Assembly: GCA_965247115.1 (NCBI GenBank)
Contig: CBDFGR010000002.1
Location: forward strand, 1,504,001 to 1,568,000
Reading direction: 5' to 3'
Length of the DNA stretch: 64,000 bases
DNA from: Myxococcota bacterium
GTDB lineage: Bacteria > Myxococcota_A > UBA9160 > SZUA-336
A model generated the notes under the pieces. The model did not search any database and had not been told where the DNA came from. It saw nothing but the letters and a program-made list of their open reading frames with translations. Below, piece after piece: positions 29,234-38,437 of the stretch. A program made the translations under genes and the position numbers. Positions within the stretch are counted from its first letter, which is position 1. Every line of letters starts with the position of its first letter.

Positions 29234-30552
29234 GGGAGCGAAGCCGGAACGGTGGAGGCCCAGGGAGCGAGGTCTGCCAGAGCTCGGGCGCTCACCCGCA
29301 GGTTGCGTTCGCGCTTCGGTGTGCGCCGAGTGCGGTCCGCGAGCGGCGGGAACAGTCCGTAGTTCACGTTCATGGGCTGGAAGCTGTCCGGACGCGCATC
29401 CCGTAGGTGACGCAGGAGAGCGCCCAGCGCTGTCGTCGGCGGAGGCGCCGTCGCCAGCGCACCCTTCGCACGGCCTGCGACGAAGATCCCGGCCAGCAGC
29501 CCGAGCGCCGCCGACTCCACGTAGCCCTCCACTCCCGCGATCTGCCCGGCAAAGTAGAGGCCGTCGCTCTTCCTGTGCTGGAGCTGCTCGTCGAGCAGGA
29601 GCGGCGCGCGGATGAACGTGTTGCGGTGGGTCGAGCCGTAGCGCGCGAAGACTGCCCCGGCCATGCCCGGGAGGCTCCGGAAGATGCGCCGCTGCTCGCC
29701 GATCCGCAGCTTGGTCTGGAAGCCGACGAGGTTGTACAGCGTCCCCGTCTTGTCTTCCTGGCGCAGCTGCACGACGGCGAAGGCTGGCTCCCCGCCGCGA
29801 GGATCGCGCAATCCGACGGGCTTCATGGGTCCGAAGGCCAGGGTATCGGCGCCGCGCTCCGCCATCACCTCGATCGGGAGACATGCTTCGAAATAGATCG
29901 CCTGCTCAAAGCGGTGCAGCGGCACCTTCTCCGCCTTCACGAGCTCGTCCACGAACGCGTAGTACTGCTCGCGATCGAGCGGGATGTTCAGGTAGTCGCC
30001 GGCTCCCGCCTCGTAGCGAGAGGCGCGAAAGACTACGTCGTAGTCCAGGCTGTCGGCGTAAACGGTGGGCGAGATCGAGTCGTAGAAGTAGAGCGAGTCG
30101 CCGCAGATCTGCGCGATCGCGGCCGCGAGCCCATCCGAGGTGAGTGGGCCGGTGGCGAGAATCGCGAGTCCCTCCGGAAGCTCTGTCACCTCCTCGCGCA
30201 CGACCTCGATACGTGGCTCCTGGGCGATGCTTTCCGTCACCTGGCTCGAGAACTGCGTGCGGTCCACGGCCAGCGCCTTGCCCGCGGGAACGCGGCACGC
30301 GTCTGCCGCACGAAGGATCAGGGAGTCGAGGCACCTCATCTCCGCATGCAGGAGCCCCACCGCGTTGGCCGGCTGGTCCGAGCGGAAGCTGTTGGAGCAA
30401 ACGAGCTCCGCCAGCCCCTCGCTCGTGTGCGCTGCGGAGAAGCGCGCCGGTCGCATCTCGTAGAGACGCACCGCCACACCCCTTCGGGCCAGCTGCCAGG
30501 CGGCCTCGCAGCCTGCCAGACCTCCGCCGATGACGCTCACAGGCTCGCTCAT
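29230..30552 (-). CDS. trmFO: folate/FAD-dependent tRNA m5U54 methyltransferase
   Basis: GGGLAGCEAAWQ, ELVCSNS, FGPMKPVGL, GFQT, AGQIAGVEGYVES. Confidence 0.95.
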   Translation of the reverse strand: MSEPVSVIGGGLAGCEAAWQLARRGVAVRLYEMRPARFSAAHTSEGLAELVCSNSFRSDQPANAVGLLHAEMRCLDSLILRAADACRVPAGKALAVDRTQFSSQVTESIAQEPRIEVVREEVTELPEGLAILATGPLTSDGLAAAIAQICGDSLYFYDSISPTVYADSLDYDVVFRASRYEAGAGDYLNIPLDREQYYAFVDELVKAEKVPLHRFEQAIYFEACLPIEVMAERGADTLAFGPMKPVGLRDPRGGEPAFAVVQLRQEDKTGTLYNLVGFQTKLRIGEQRRIFRSLPGMAGAVFARYGSTHRNTFIRAPLLLDEQLQHRKSDGLYFAGQIAGVEGYVESAALGLLAGIFVAGRAKGALATAPPPTTALGALLRHLRDARPDSFQPMNVNYGLFPPLADRTRRTPKRERNLRVSARALADLAPWASTVPASLP

Positions 30553-30570
30553 GGAACGCCCGAGGATAGC

Positions 30571-31659
30571 TCAGCGAAGAAGGACCACCCGGGCTCCCTC
30601 GCGCGCGATCCGGCCGCCCAGCTCGAGCTCGAGCAGTGTCGCGGCGAGGCTGGCAGCGGGAACGCCCAGCTTTCGCACGATGTCGTCTGCGGAGAGCGGA
30701 CCGTCGCGGAGCAGCGCCAGAACCTGCTCGGACACGCCCCTCTCCGGGGTGCCTACTCCGACGTCTCCCTGGGGACCCTTCTTCCGCGGCGGCCACACAT
30801 CGACCAGGAGGCGCAGGTCCGTCAGGTCCAGGATCGGCGCGGCCGCGCGCAGCAGCGCGTTCGATCCCCGACAGAGATCGCTATCCGTCGGACCCGGGAT
30901 GACGCCGAGATTTCGACCCTGGTCGAGCGCGTGCCGGGCCGTCCACAGGGTCCCGCTCTTCTCGCGCGCCTCCACGACGAGCGTCGCCCTGGCCAGACCG
31001 CTGATGAGCCGATTGCGTTCGGGGAAGTGGTACGGCCGATACTCCTGCCCTGGCGGGTACTCCGAGAGCCAGGCTCCCCCCGAGTCGAGGATCCGAGTGG
31101 CGAGCCGGCGATTTCCCGCTGGGCTTGGTCGCTCGAGGCCGGAGGCGAGAATGGCCACGGTGCGGCCGGCTCCACGGAGCGCTCCCTCATGCGCCGCTGC
31201 GTCGATCCCGTAAGCCAGGCCGCTGACGATGACCGCGCCGTCCACCGCCAGCTGCTCCGCGTACTGCTGTGCCGCAAGCCGGGCTCGTGAGGACGGGCGC
31301 CGCGACCCGACGATGGCGAGTCCCGGCTCAGCGGGGAGCGAGCCGCGAGCGTAGAGGACAAGAGGAGGGTCGGGCATCTGCAGGAGCGCCAGAGGGAAGC
31401 CGGGCATGCCGTAGAGCAGCACCGCCAGCTCCCGCTTCTGAACGGCCGCCAGCTCCTCGGAAGCCGCGGCCAGGTCCGGACCGCACTGCAGTGCCGCCGC
31501 CAGCACCTCGCCACACTCTTCCTTCAGCTCCGAGTAGCCTCGAGCAAAGATCTCGCCAGGCGAGCCCAGACGCTCGAGCAGGTGCACCGCAATGTCCCGA
31601 CGCATCCCGGGCACGTTCCGCAACGCGATCCAGAGCAGGGGATCGTCCAAGCTTTGCAT
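30571..31659 (-). CDS. dprA: DNA-processing protein DprA
   Basis: AIVGSR, IVSGLAYGIDAAAH, FPERNRLISGL, VVEA..SGT, C-terminal LLELEL. Confidence 0.93.
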   Translation of the reverse strand: MQSLDDPLLWIALRNVPGMRRDIAVHLLERLGSPGEIFARGYSELKEECGEVLAAALQCGPDLAAASEELAAVQKRELAVLLYGMPGFPLALLQMPDPPLVLYARGSLPAEPGLAIVGSRRPSSRARLAAQQYAEQLAVDGAVIVSGLAYGIDAAAHEGALRGAGRTVAILASGLERPSPAGNRRLATRILDSGGAWLSEYPPGQEYRPYHFPERNRLISGLARATLVVEAREKSGTLWTARHALDQGRNLGVIPGPTDSDLCRGSNALLRAAAPILDLTDLRLLVDVWPPRKKGPQGDVGVGTPERGVSEQVLALLRDGPLSADDIVRKLGVPAASLAATLLELELGGRIAREGARVVLLR

Positions 31660-31789
31660 CCGCGGGACCGCGTACGGGGTGCGAACTCAACCTAGCGAAT
31701 GCCGCCGCTCGCGCGTCAGATTCCTCGCCTGGCTGCGCTGGGACGGACGCTCACCGCCGCAGACGGCCGAAAAAGACCCGAGTGGCCTC

Positions 31790-31817
31790 TAAAGTACGCG
31801 TCTGACCCTGCCGACAA
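31790..31817 (+). promoter_or_regulatory. sigma-28-like promoter candidate
   Basis: TAAAG-N15-GCCGACAA upstream of the PilZ gene. Confidence 0.5.
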
Positions 31818-31836
31818 GAGATAGCAGGGAGAGACC

Positions 31837-32163
31837 ATGAACGACGAGCGACGCATAACGCCGCGCCAGGAGATCCGGGCCGCGGTGGCGTACTGGGGCT
31901 CCAGCCGCGAGGGCGGAGGCACCCTCGCGAACATCTCCAATACGGGGGCGTTGATCGAGCCCGCGTCTCCGCCGATCGTTCCCGGGACGCCCATCCGGCT
32001 GCGCATCAACGGGGTCACCTTCAGCTCCGTGGAGCTTCAGTCCGAGGTCGTTCGCACGACCCCAGCGGGCTTTGCGGTCTGCTTCGAGGACCTCGACCCA
32101 GAGCCGCGTCGCCTGCTGGAGGAGCTGCTGTCAGGCGACGACACTGCGGGAGCCGTCTACTAG
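31837..32163 (+). CDS. single-domain PilZ protein
   Basis: RxxxR (RRITPR) and NxSxxG (NISNTG) c-di-GMP-binding motifs; GGAGAG upstream. Confidence 0.85.
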   Translation: MNDERRITPRQEIRAAVAYWGSSREGGGTLANISNTGALIEPASPPIVPGTPIRLRINGVTFSSVELQSEVVRTTPAGFAVCFEDLDPEPRRLLEELLSGDDTAGAVY

Positions 32164-33005
32164 GGCAGACCAGCCCCCGGGACCTCGACCTCGGTGAACT
32201 CAATTCGCCCCCTAGCCTGAGCGCGCGTCTCGCGAGCGCTCGAGCTCGGAGCAGTGCAGACGAAGAGCGTGCGCCGCTCGGGACCACCCAGCATGCAGGC
32301 AAAGGCCTGCGTTGACACCGAGATGCGTCGCGTCACTTCGCCCCCCTCGCGCACGCGTAGCACTTCCGCGCTGGTGGGTGATGCCACCCAGATCGCGCCC
32401 TCCGCATCCAGGCAGATCCCGTCGGGCACCGCGCCGGGAGTGGCGGCCCACTCGCGCCGACCGGAGAGCCCGCCGTCGGCTGCCACGTCGAAGGCGGTGA
32501 GCCGCGCGCGGAACGACTCGCCGACGATCAGCGTGCCCCCATCGGGCGTGATCACAGTTCCGTTCGGAAAGCCGAGCTCATCGGCAACGACGCGAGTGTG
32601 GCCGTCGGGGGTCGCCAGGACAAGCTCGGCCGTCTTGAAGTCCGCCTGCGCCTCGAGGTCGAAGCCGAAGTTCCCGACGTAGGCCCGACCCTCCGCATCC
32701 ACGACCATGTCGTTGCAGTGGAACGACGCCAGAGCGGAGAGGTCCGCATGCTCGACCAGGCCCCCCGGATCCAGGCGCAGGAGCTTCCTGTCCGTCATGG
32801 AGACGACGAGCAGGCGACCGTCTGGCAGCCAGCCCAGACCAGACGGTTGCTGCGGGACCTCCACGATCGTCTCCGTGTTCCCCTGCATGTCCACGGCCAC
32901 GACGCGGTGAAAGTGCATGTCCGAGAACCAGAGCCGCCCGTCGTGCCAGCGCGGTCCCTCGGGGAACGCGAGACCATCGACGAGGATGGAGAGCTCAGCA
33001 CTCAC
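32160..33005 (-). CDS. SMP-30/gluconolactonase/LRE family protein
   Basis: FPEGPRW, CNDMVVD, FPNG, PDGICLDAEG. Confidence 0.9.
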   Translation of the reverse strand: MSAELSILVDGLAFPEGPRWHDGRLWFSDMHFHRVVAVDMQGNTETIVEVPQQPSGLGWLPDGRLLVVSMTDRKLLRLDPGGLVEHADLSALASFHCNDMVVDAEGRAYVGNFGFDLEAQADFKTAELVLATPDGHTRVVADELGFPNGTVITPDGGTLIVGESFRARLTAFDVAADGGLSGRREWAATPGAVPDGICLDAEGAIWVASPTSAEVLRVREGGEVTRRISVSTQAFACMLGGPERRTLFVCTAPSSSARETRAQARGRIEFTEVEVPGAGLP

Positions 33006-33080
33006 GCTGCTGATTCTAGCAGCGGCCCCTGGACCCGTGGGTGGGACCTCCTATCCTGCAGTGCCCGAGAGGAGTCCTGG

Positions 33081-35681
33081 TTGCGAGAGATTCCGGAGAA
33101 GTACGACCACGCGGAGGGCGAGGCTACCTGGAAGGAGCGCTGGGAGTCGGAGGGTCTCTACCGCTGGGACCCAACGCGGCCGCGCGAGGAGACCTTCGTG
33201 GTGGACACCCCCCCGCCGACGGTCTCGGGCTCGCTCCACGTCGGGCACGTGTTCAGCTACACGCACCAGGATGTGATCGCGCGTTACCAGCGCATGCTCG
33301 GCAAGAATATCGCCTACCCCATGGGCTGGGACGACAACGGGCTCCCCACAGAGCGCCGCGTGCAGGACTCGTTCGGGATCCGTCCCGATCCCGGCCTGCC
33401 TTACGACCCGAGCTGGAGACCTCGCCGCGACAAGAGCAAGAAGGAGCCCGTCGAGGTGGTCTCGCGCCGCAACTTCGTCGAGGCCTGCGCGCTCGTCACG
33501 GAGGAAGACGAGGCCGCCTTCGAGGAGCTGTGGCGCAACCTCGGCCTCTCGGTGGACTGGGGGCAGCAGTACGCGACGATCGACGCGCACTGCCGGCGCC
33601 TGGCGCAGCTGTCATTTCTCGACCTCACCGAGAAGGGAGAGGTGTACCAGAGCCTGTCCCCCACCATGTGGGATGTGGACTTCCAGACCGCGGTCGCGCA
33701 GGCTGAGGTCGAGGATCGCGAACGGCCGGGCGCCTACCACGACATCCGCTTCGACATCGAAGGCGGCAGCGAGCTAGTCATCTCGACGACGCGACCCGAG
33801 CTGCTCGGCGCGTGCATTGCGGTCGTCGCCCACCCCGAGGACGAGCGCTACCGGCCGATCTTCGGCAAGCAGGCGATCGTTCCGCTGTTCGGCGCAGCCG
33901 TGCCGATTCTTCCGGCGGAGCACGCGGACCCCGAGCGGGGCACGGGCATCCTGATGGTCTGCACGTTCGGCGACCTCGCCGACGTCGAGTTCTGGCGCGG
34001 TAGCGGGCTGCCACTCCGTCAGCTGCTCGCCGCCAACGGTCGGATCGCTCCGGTGCGCTTCGGCCAGGAGCCCTTCGCGAGCCGGAACGCCGCGGCTGCC
34101 AACACCGCCCACGCGGAGCTCGAGGGCAAGAGCGTCGTGCAGGCACGCAAGAGGGTCGCCGAGCTGCTTCGCGACGCCGGCCGGCTGGTCGGCGAGCCGC
34201 AGCCCGTGCGCCACCCTGTCAAGTTCTACGAGCGCGGCGAGCGGCCGCTCGAATTCGTTCCCACACGGCAGTGGTTCGTCCGGTTGCTCGAGCACAAGCA
34301 GCAGCTGATCGAGCAGGGGCGCAAGATCGCCTGGCATCCGGAGTTCATGCGCGCGCGCTACGAGGACTGGGTGGAGGGCTTGAACCAGGACTGGTGCATC
34401 AGTCGCCAGCGCTACTCGGGCGTGCCCTTTCCCGTCTGGTACCCGCTCTCCGCCGAGGGCGAGGTCGAGTACGACCGCCCGATCTTTGCGACGCTCGAGC
34501 AGCTCCCGGTCGACCCCACCTCCGAGACACCGCAGGGCTACGAGGAGGCCCAGCGCAACCAGCCCGGTGGCTTCGCCGGCGACCCCGACGTAATGGACAC
34601 GTGGGCTACTTCCTCCCTGTCGCCGCAGATCATGAGCCACTGGAAGCTCGATCCGGCACGGCACGCGCGGCTCTTTCCGATGGACGTCCGCCCGCAGTCC
34701 CACGAGATCATCCGCACATGGGCCTTCTACACGATCGTCAAGGCGTGGATGCACGAGCGCGAGGTGCCCTGGCGGAACGTCGTCATCAGCGGCTGGATCC
34801 TCGACCCCGACCGCAAGAAGATGAGCAAGTCTCGCGGCAACGTCGTGACGCCCGGCGAGCTCCTTGCCGAACACTCGGCAGACGCCGTGCGCTACTGGGC
34901 GGCGCGCGCTCGCCTCGGCGCGGACACCGCCTACGACCCGAAGATCTTCAAGCTCGGCAAGCGGCTCTGCACCAAGCTCGTGAACGCGAGCCGCTTCGCG
35001 CTCGCGCGTGTGGAGGAGAATGAGGGCGCGAGCCTCGGCGCTGAGCAGATCGTGGAGCCTCTGGACGTCGACTTCGTGACGCGCGTGCGCCGGGTCGCGG
35101 CCAAGGCCAGCAAAGAGCTCGATCGCTTCGAGTACTCCGGCGCGCTGCAGGTGACTGAGCAGGCGTTCTGGGAGTTCTGTGATCACTATCTGGAGCTGGT
35201 GAAGAGCCGCTCGTACGCGCAAGTGGACACACCGGGTCGCCGCTCAGCGCTCGCCACGCTACAGCTCGCGCTCCGGACCTTCCTGCGCCTGTTCGCACCG
35301 TTCCTGCCCTTCGTGTGCGAGGAGATCTGGTCCTGGCGTTTTGCAGGTCCGGGACGGGAGAGCTCGATCCATACGGCGCCGTGGCCCACCCCAGAGGATT
35401 CGGCCAACGTCGCGAGCGGCGATGGCGCGGATCGCTATGCCTGCGCGATCGAGCTCAGCCAGAAGATCCGTGCTGCAAAGACTCGCGCGCGGAGGAGCCT
35501 GCGCTGGCCCGTCGAGAGCCTCGACGTCTCAGGCCAGGGGGACGACGTCGCTGCCCTGCGCACGGTGCTGGCCGATGTGCTTGCCGCGGGAACGATCGCC
35601 GAGGAGCGCTGCAGAATCCGGACGGGCCCGGCTCCCGAGGGCGAGCGCTTCTCCGTAGAGGTAGTCCTGGCGGAGGAGTGA
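33081..35681 (+). CDS. valS: valine--tRNA ligase (type 2, archaeal/actinobacterial-like)
   Basis: TTG start after AGGAG; DTPPPTVSGSLHVGH, GWDDNGLPTER, DWCISRQR, KMSKS; no C-terminal coiled-coil arm seen. Confidence 0.92.
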   Translation: MREIPEKYDHAEGEATWKERWESEGLYRWDPTRPREETFVVDTPPPTVSGSLHVGHVFSYTHQDVIARYQRMLGKNIAYPMGWDDNGLPTERRVQDSFGIRPDPGLPYDPSWRPRRDKSKKEPVEVVSRRNFVEACALVTEEDEAAFEELWRNLGLSVDWGQQYATIDAHCRRLAQLSFLDLTEKGEVYQSLSPTMWDVDFQTAVAQAEVEDRERPGAYHDIRFDIEGGSELVISTTRPELLGACIAVVAHPEDERYRPIFGKQAIVPLFGAAVPILPAEHADPERGTGILMVCTFGDLADVEFWRGSGLPLRQLLAANGRIAPVRFGQEPFASRNAAAANTAHAELEGKSVVQARKRVAELLRDAGRLVGEPQPVRHPVKFYERGERPLEFVPTRQWFVRLLEHKQQLIEQGRKIAWHPEFMRARYEDWVEGLNQDWCISRQRYSGVPFPVWYPLSAEGEVEYDRPIFATLEQLPVDPTSETPQGYEEAQRNQPGGFAGDPDVMDTWATSSLSPQIMSHWKLDPARHARLFPMDVRPQSHEIIRTWAFYTIVKAWMHEREVPWRNVVISGWILDPDRKKMSKSRGNVVTPGELLAEHSADAVRYWAARARLGADTAYDPKIFKLGKRLCTKLVNASRFALARVEENEGASLGAEQIVEPLDVDFVTRVRRVAAKASKELDRFEYSGALQVTEQAFWEFCDHYLELVKSRSYAQVDTPGRRSALATLQLALRTFLRLFAPFLPFVCEEIWSWRFAGPGRESSIHTAPWPTPEDSANVASGDGADRYACAIELSQKIRAAKTRARRSLRWPVESLDVSGQGDDVAALRTVLADVLAAGTIAEERCRIRTGPAPEGERFSVEVVLAEE

Positions 35682-35694
35682 GTGCGGCGGCGCG

Positions 35695-36957
35695 CTAGCG
35701 TTGGCTGCGGAAGCGGTCACCGACCAGGACGTCGGTGCGAGCCCGGGTGACCAGCGCGAGTGAGGTCTTCTCCGACACTTTGACCACGAAGGCGCCGCCG
35801 ATCACGTCGTCCGGCACGATCACCCTCTCGAGGGTGGCCGGATCCCGAGCTTCCTGTGACGCGCGGTAGAGCTCGAAGCGGCGCCCGGGCGTGATCCCCT
35901 CGCGCAGCCCACGGTCCAGGATGACCATGTCGCCGGAGCTGGCGCGCAGCCGGTACGGCTGGTAGGCGAGCACCCGACCCTCTACGCGCTCCTCCGAGTG
36001 AACCTCGACGAACTCCGTCGGTTGCTCGACGTAGGGCATCACGCGGTCACCGGGCTCGATCTCCGAATAGGACATGGTGATGCGGACGTAGGACGACCCG
36101 GGGTGGATCTCGGTGACCTCGGCGTGGCCAAGGACCTGGACGAAGTAGCCAAGGTTCTCGAGCGTCTCCGGATGGCGGACCCTCTTGATGGTGCGAAAGA
36201 TGGTCAGCGCATCGCCCATGTGGGCCTTGCCCTCGCCCAGGCTCACGATCGTGCGCTGCCCCTGAGACGACCAGTAGTGCGCCTCGTGGCTGCCCATGAT
36301 CGCTGCGGTGCCCGTGTACTGAAGGTCGCTGACAAAGCCGTAGCGATGCAGACCCGAGAAACGCATCACCCGGCTGACACCCGTCTCCCCTTGATCCAGT
36401 GCGGCGAAGGGATCGTCCAAGGACGGAGCCTCTTCCAGCTCTTCCCCGAGGTCCGCCGGGTACGGAAGCAGCCCTTCGTCCCCCGGGATCCCGCCGGCAT
36501 ACTCCGAGCCATCGGAGTACTCCGAGCCGTCACCCGCTTCGGACCCGTCGCGGGCCTCGGAGTCAGCAGCGGCCATGTCCTCCGAACCGTCCTCGGATCC
36601 CAGGATCTCCAGGGCAGAGCTTGCGCTGAAGTCCTCGCCCGCCTCGGCCATTGCCTGCCGCAGCCGTTCCGCCTCTTCGGGCGTGAGCTTGCGCATCAGC
36701 CGCTCGCTGATCCAGACCTCGTCCTTGGGGTAGATCAGGTGAGGATTGGCGATGTACTCGTTCTCGGTCCAGACCGAGGGCCACACCCACGGAGTCCCCA
36801 GATAGTGATTGGAGATGTCCCAAAGGGTGTCTCCCCTGATGATCAGGTGGATGTACCCCTTCTCGCCGTCCCGAACCTCGACCTTGCCCTGCGCCGAGGA
36901 CAGACCGGGAAGCGTGAGGACGAGCGCGACGAGTGAGATGAGCCAGAACGAGGGCAT
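35695..36957 (-). CDS. secreted LysM protein with acidic linker, TsaP-like
   Basis: Signal peptide; IIRGDTLWDIS..LGTPWVWPSVWTENEYIANPHLIYP; C-terminal beta domain VILDRG..GITPG; DGSE(Y/A) repeats in the linker. Confidence 0.75.
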   Translation of the reverse strand: MPSFWLISLVALVLTLPGLSSAQGKVEVRDGEKGYIHLIIRGDTLWDISNHYLGTPWVWPSVWTENEYIANPHLIYPKDEVWISERLMRKLTPEEAERLRQAMAEAGEDFSASSALEILGSEDGSEDMAAADSEARDGSEAGDGSEYSDGSEYAGGIPGDEGLLPYPADLGEELEEAPSLDDPFAALDQGETGVSRVMRFSGLHRYGFVSDLQYTGTAAIMGSHEAHYWSSQGQRTIVSLGEGKAHMGDALTIFRTIKRVRHPETLENLGYFVQVLGHAEVTEIHPGSSYVRITMSYSEIEPGDRVMPYVEQPTEFVEVHSEERVEGRVLAYQPYRLRASSGDMVILDRGLREGITPGRRFELYRASQEARDPATLERVIVPDDVIGGAFVVKVSEKTSLALVTRARTDVLVGDRFRSQR

Positions 36958-36978
36958 GCACATTCCCCTTCCGGGAAA

Positions 36979-37006
36979 GCATCGGCAGCGCGGAAAGTGC
37001 CCTTGA
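36979..37006 (-). promoter_or_regulatory. sigma-28-like promoter candidate
   Basis: TCAAG-N15-GCCGATGC upstream of the LysM/TsaP-like gene. Confidence 0.5.
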
Positions 37007-37024
37007 GATGGCGAAGCTGCGGCG

Positions 37025-38374
37025 CTAGCCGGACCCCCGGTTCTTCCGCCAGCTCGGGTGGGTGATTCCGAGGCGCTGCACGCGATAGTTGAGCTTGCGT
37101 CGGCTCATGCGAAGCAGATGGGCCGCGTCTTTCTGTACCCAGCTGGCGCGTTCCAGGGCCTGCAGGACGAGCGAGCGCTCTACCTCTCGGTAGTCGACAC
37201 CTTCGGCGGGCAGGCGCACCGCCATGCCTTCCCCGCCCTCGTACTCGGGCGCGTCCAGACACAGGTCGCAGCGCTCGACGCACTCGGAGTCGCCCATCAA
37301 GACCGCTCGCTCGACCACGTTGCGAAGCTCGCGCACGTTCCCTGGCCAGTGGTGTCGCATGAGCGCATCCAGCGCCCCGGGCGAGAAGCCGCGCTTGGGT
37401 CTGGCCTCCAGCCGGTTGAACTCGCGCAAGAACTCCTGCGCCAGCTCCGGGACGTCGCAAGCTCGCTGGCGCAGCAGGGGCAGCCGAATGGTGATGACGT
37501 TCAGCCGGAAGAGCAGCTCCGCCCGGAACTGACCCGCTCGGATCATCTCGCGCAGGTCCTGGTTCGTGGCCGCGATCACCCGTACGTCGACGCGCAAGGA
37601 CTGCGAGCCACCCAGACGCTCGAACTCGCGCTCTTGCAGCGCGCGCAGCACCTTGCCCTGAGTGCGCAGACTCATGTCTCCGATCTCGTCGAGGAACAGA
37701 GTCCCGCCGTCCGCCTCCTCGAAACGTCCGAGACGACGCTGCTCGGCTCCCGTGAACGCGCCACGCTCGTGACCGAACAGCTCGCTCTCGAGCAGCGGCT
37801 CTGGCAGCGCGGCGCAGTTCACCTTGACGATGCGCTGCGTGCGTCGAGGCGACAGAGCGTGAATAGTGCCGGCAACCAGCTCCTTGCCAGTCCCGGTTTC
37901 GCCGATCACGAGCACGCTGGCGCGCGAGCCAGCCACCTTCTTGATCTGCCGTCGCACGGCTTTGATCTCCGGACCGGAGCCGAGTATCGAGCGCTCGGTC
38001 TCGAGCGCCGCACTCTCGCCACGCAGACGCGCGAGCTCTACACGCAACCCAAGCTGTGCAAGCGCGCGATCGAGCTTGATGCCCAGCTCGTCCAGATCAA
38101 AGGGGAAGGCGACAAAGTCGTCCGCCCCCTGCTTGAGTGCTGCCACCTGTGCCTCGACGCAGCCGCGCGCGCAGAGTGCCAGGATCGCCGGACGCGGTGA
38201 GAGAGCGGCGAGCTCGCGCAGTCGCGCAGCGGCTGCGGGGTAGTCGAGGATCGCTGCCCGCGGGACGCCTCCCGCCAGGCGCTCCTGTACCTCGTAGCCC
38301 TGCCCGGTGAGCCATCGCTCCAACTCCGAGCGGACTTTCGAGTCCCCGCAGACCAAGACCACGCGCTCGTGCAC
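37025..38374 (-). CDS. sigma-54 enhancer-binding protein with degenerate receiver domain
   Basis: GETGTGKE, ESELFGHERGAFTGA, LFLDEI, WPGNVREL, Fis-type HTH. Confidence 0.9.
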   Translation of the reverse strand: MHERVVLVCGDSKVRSELERWLTGQGYEVQERLAGGVPRAAILDYPAAAARLRELAALSPRPAILALCARGCVEAQVAALKQGADDFVAFPFDLDELGIKLDRALAQLGLRVELARLRGESAALETERSILGSGPEIKAVRRQIKKVAGSRASVLVIGETGTGKELVAGTIHALSPRRTQRIVKVNCAALPEPLLESELFGHERGAFTGAEQRRLGRFEEADGGTLFLDEIGDMSLRTQGKVLRALQEREFERLGGSQSLRVDVRVIAATNQDLREMIRAGQFRAELLFRLNVITIRLPLLRQRACDVPELAQEFLREFNRLEARPKRGFSPGALDALMRHHWPGNVRELRNVVERAVLMGDSECVERCDLCLDAPEYEGGEGMAVRLPAEGVDYREVERSLVLQALERASWVQKDAAHLLRMSRRKLNYRVQRLGITHPSWRKNRGSG

Positions 38375-38437
38375 TCGTCACCCGAGTTTCAAAAATGCAC
38401 TCGAAGTATCGGAGCGCGGCGTCCGGAAGTGAAACCG

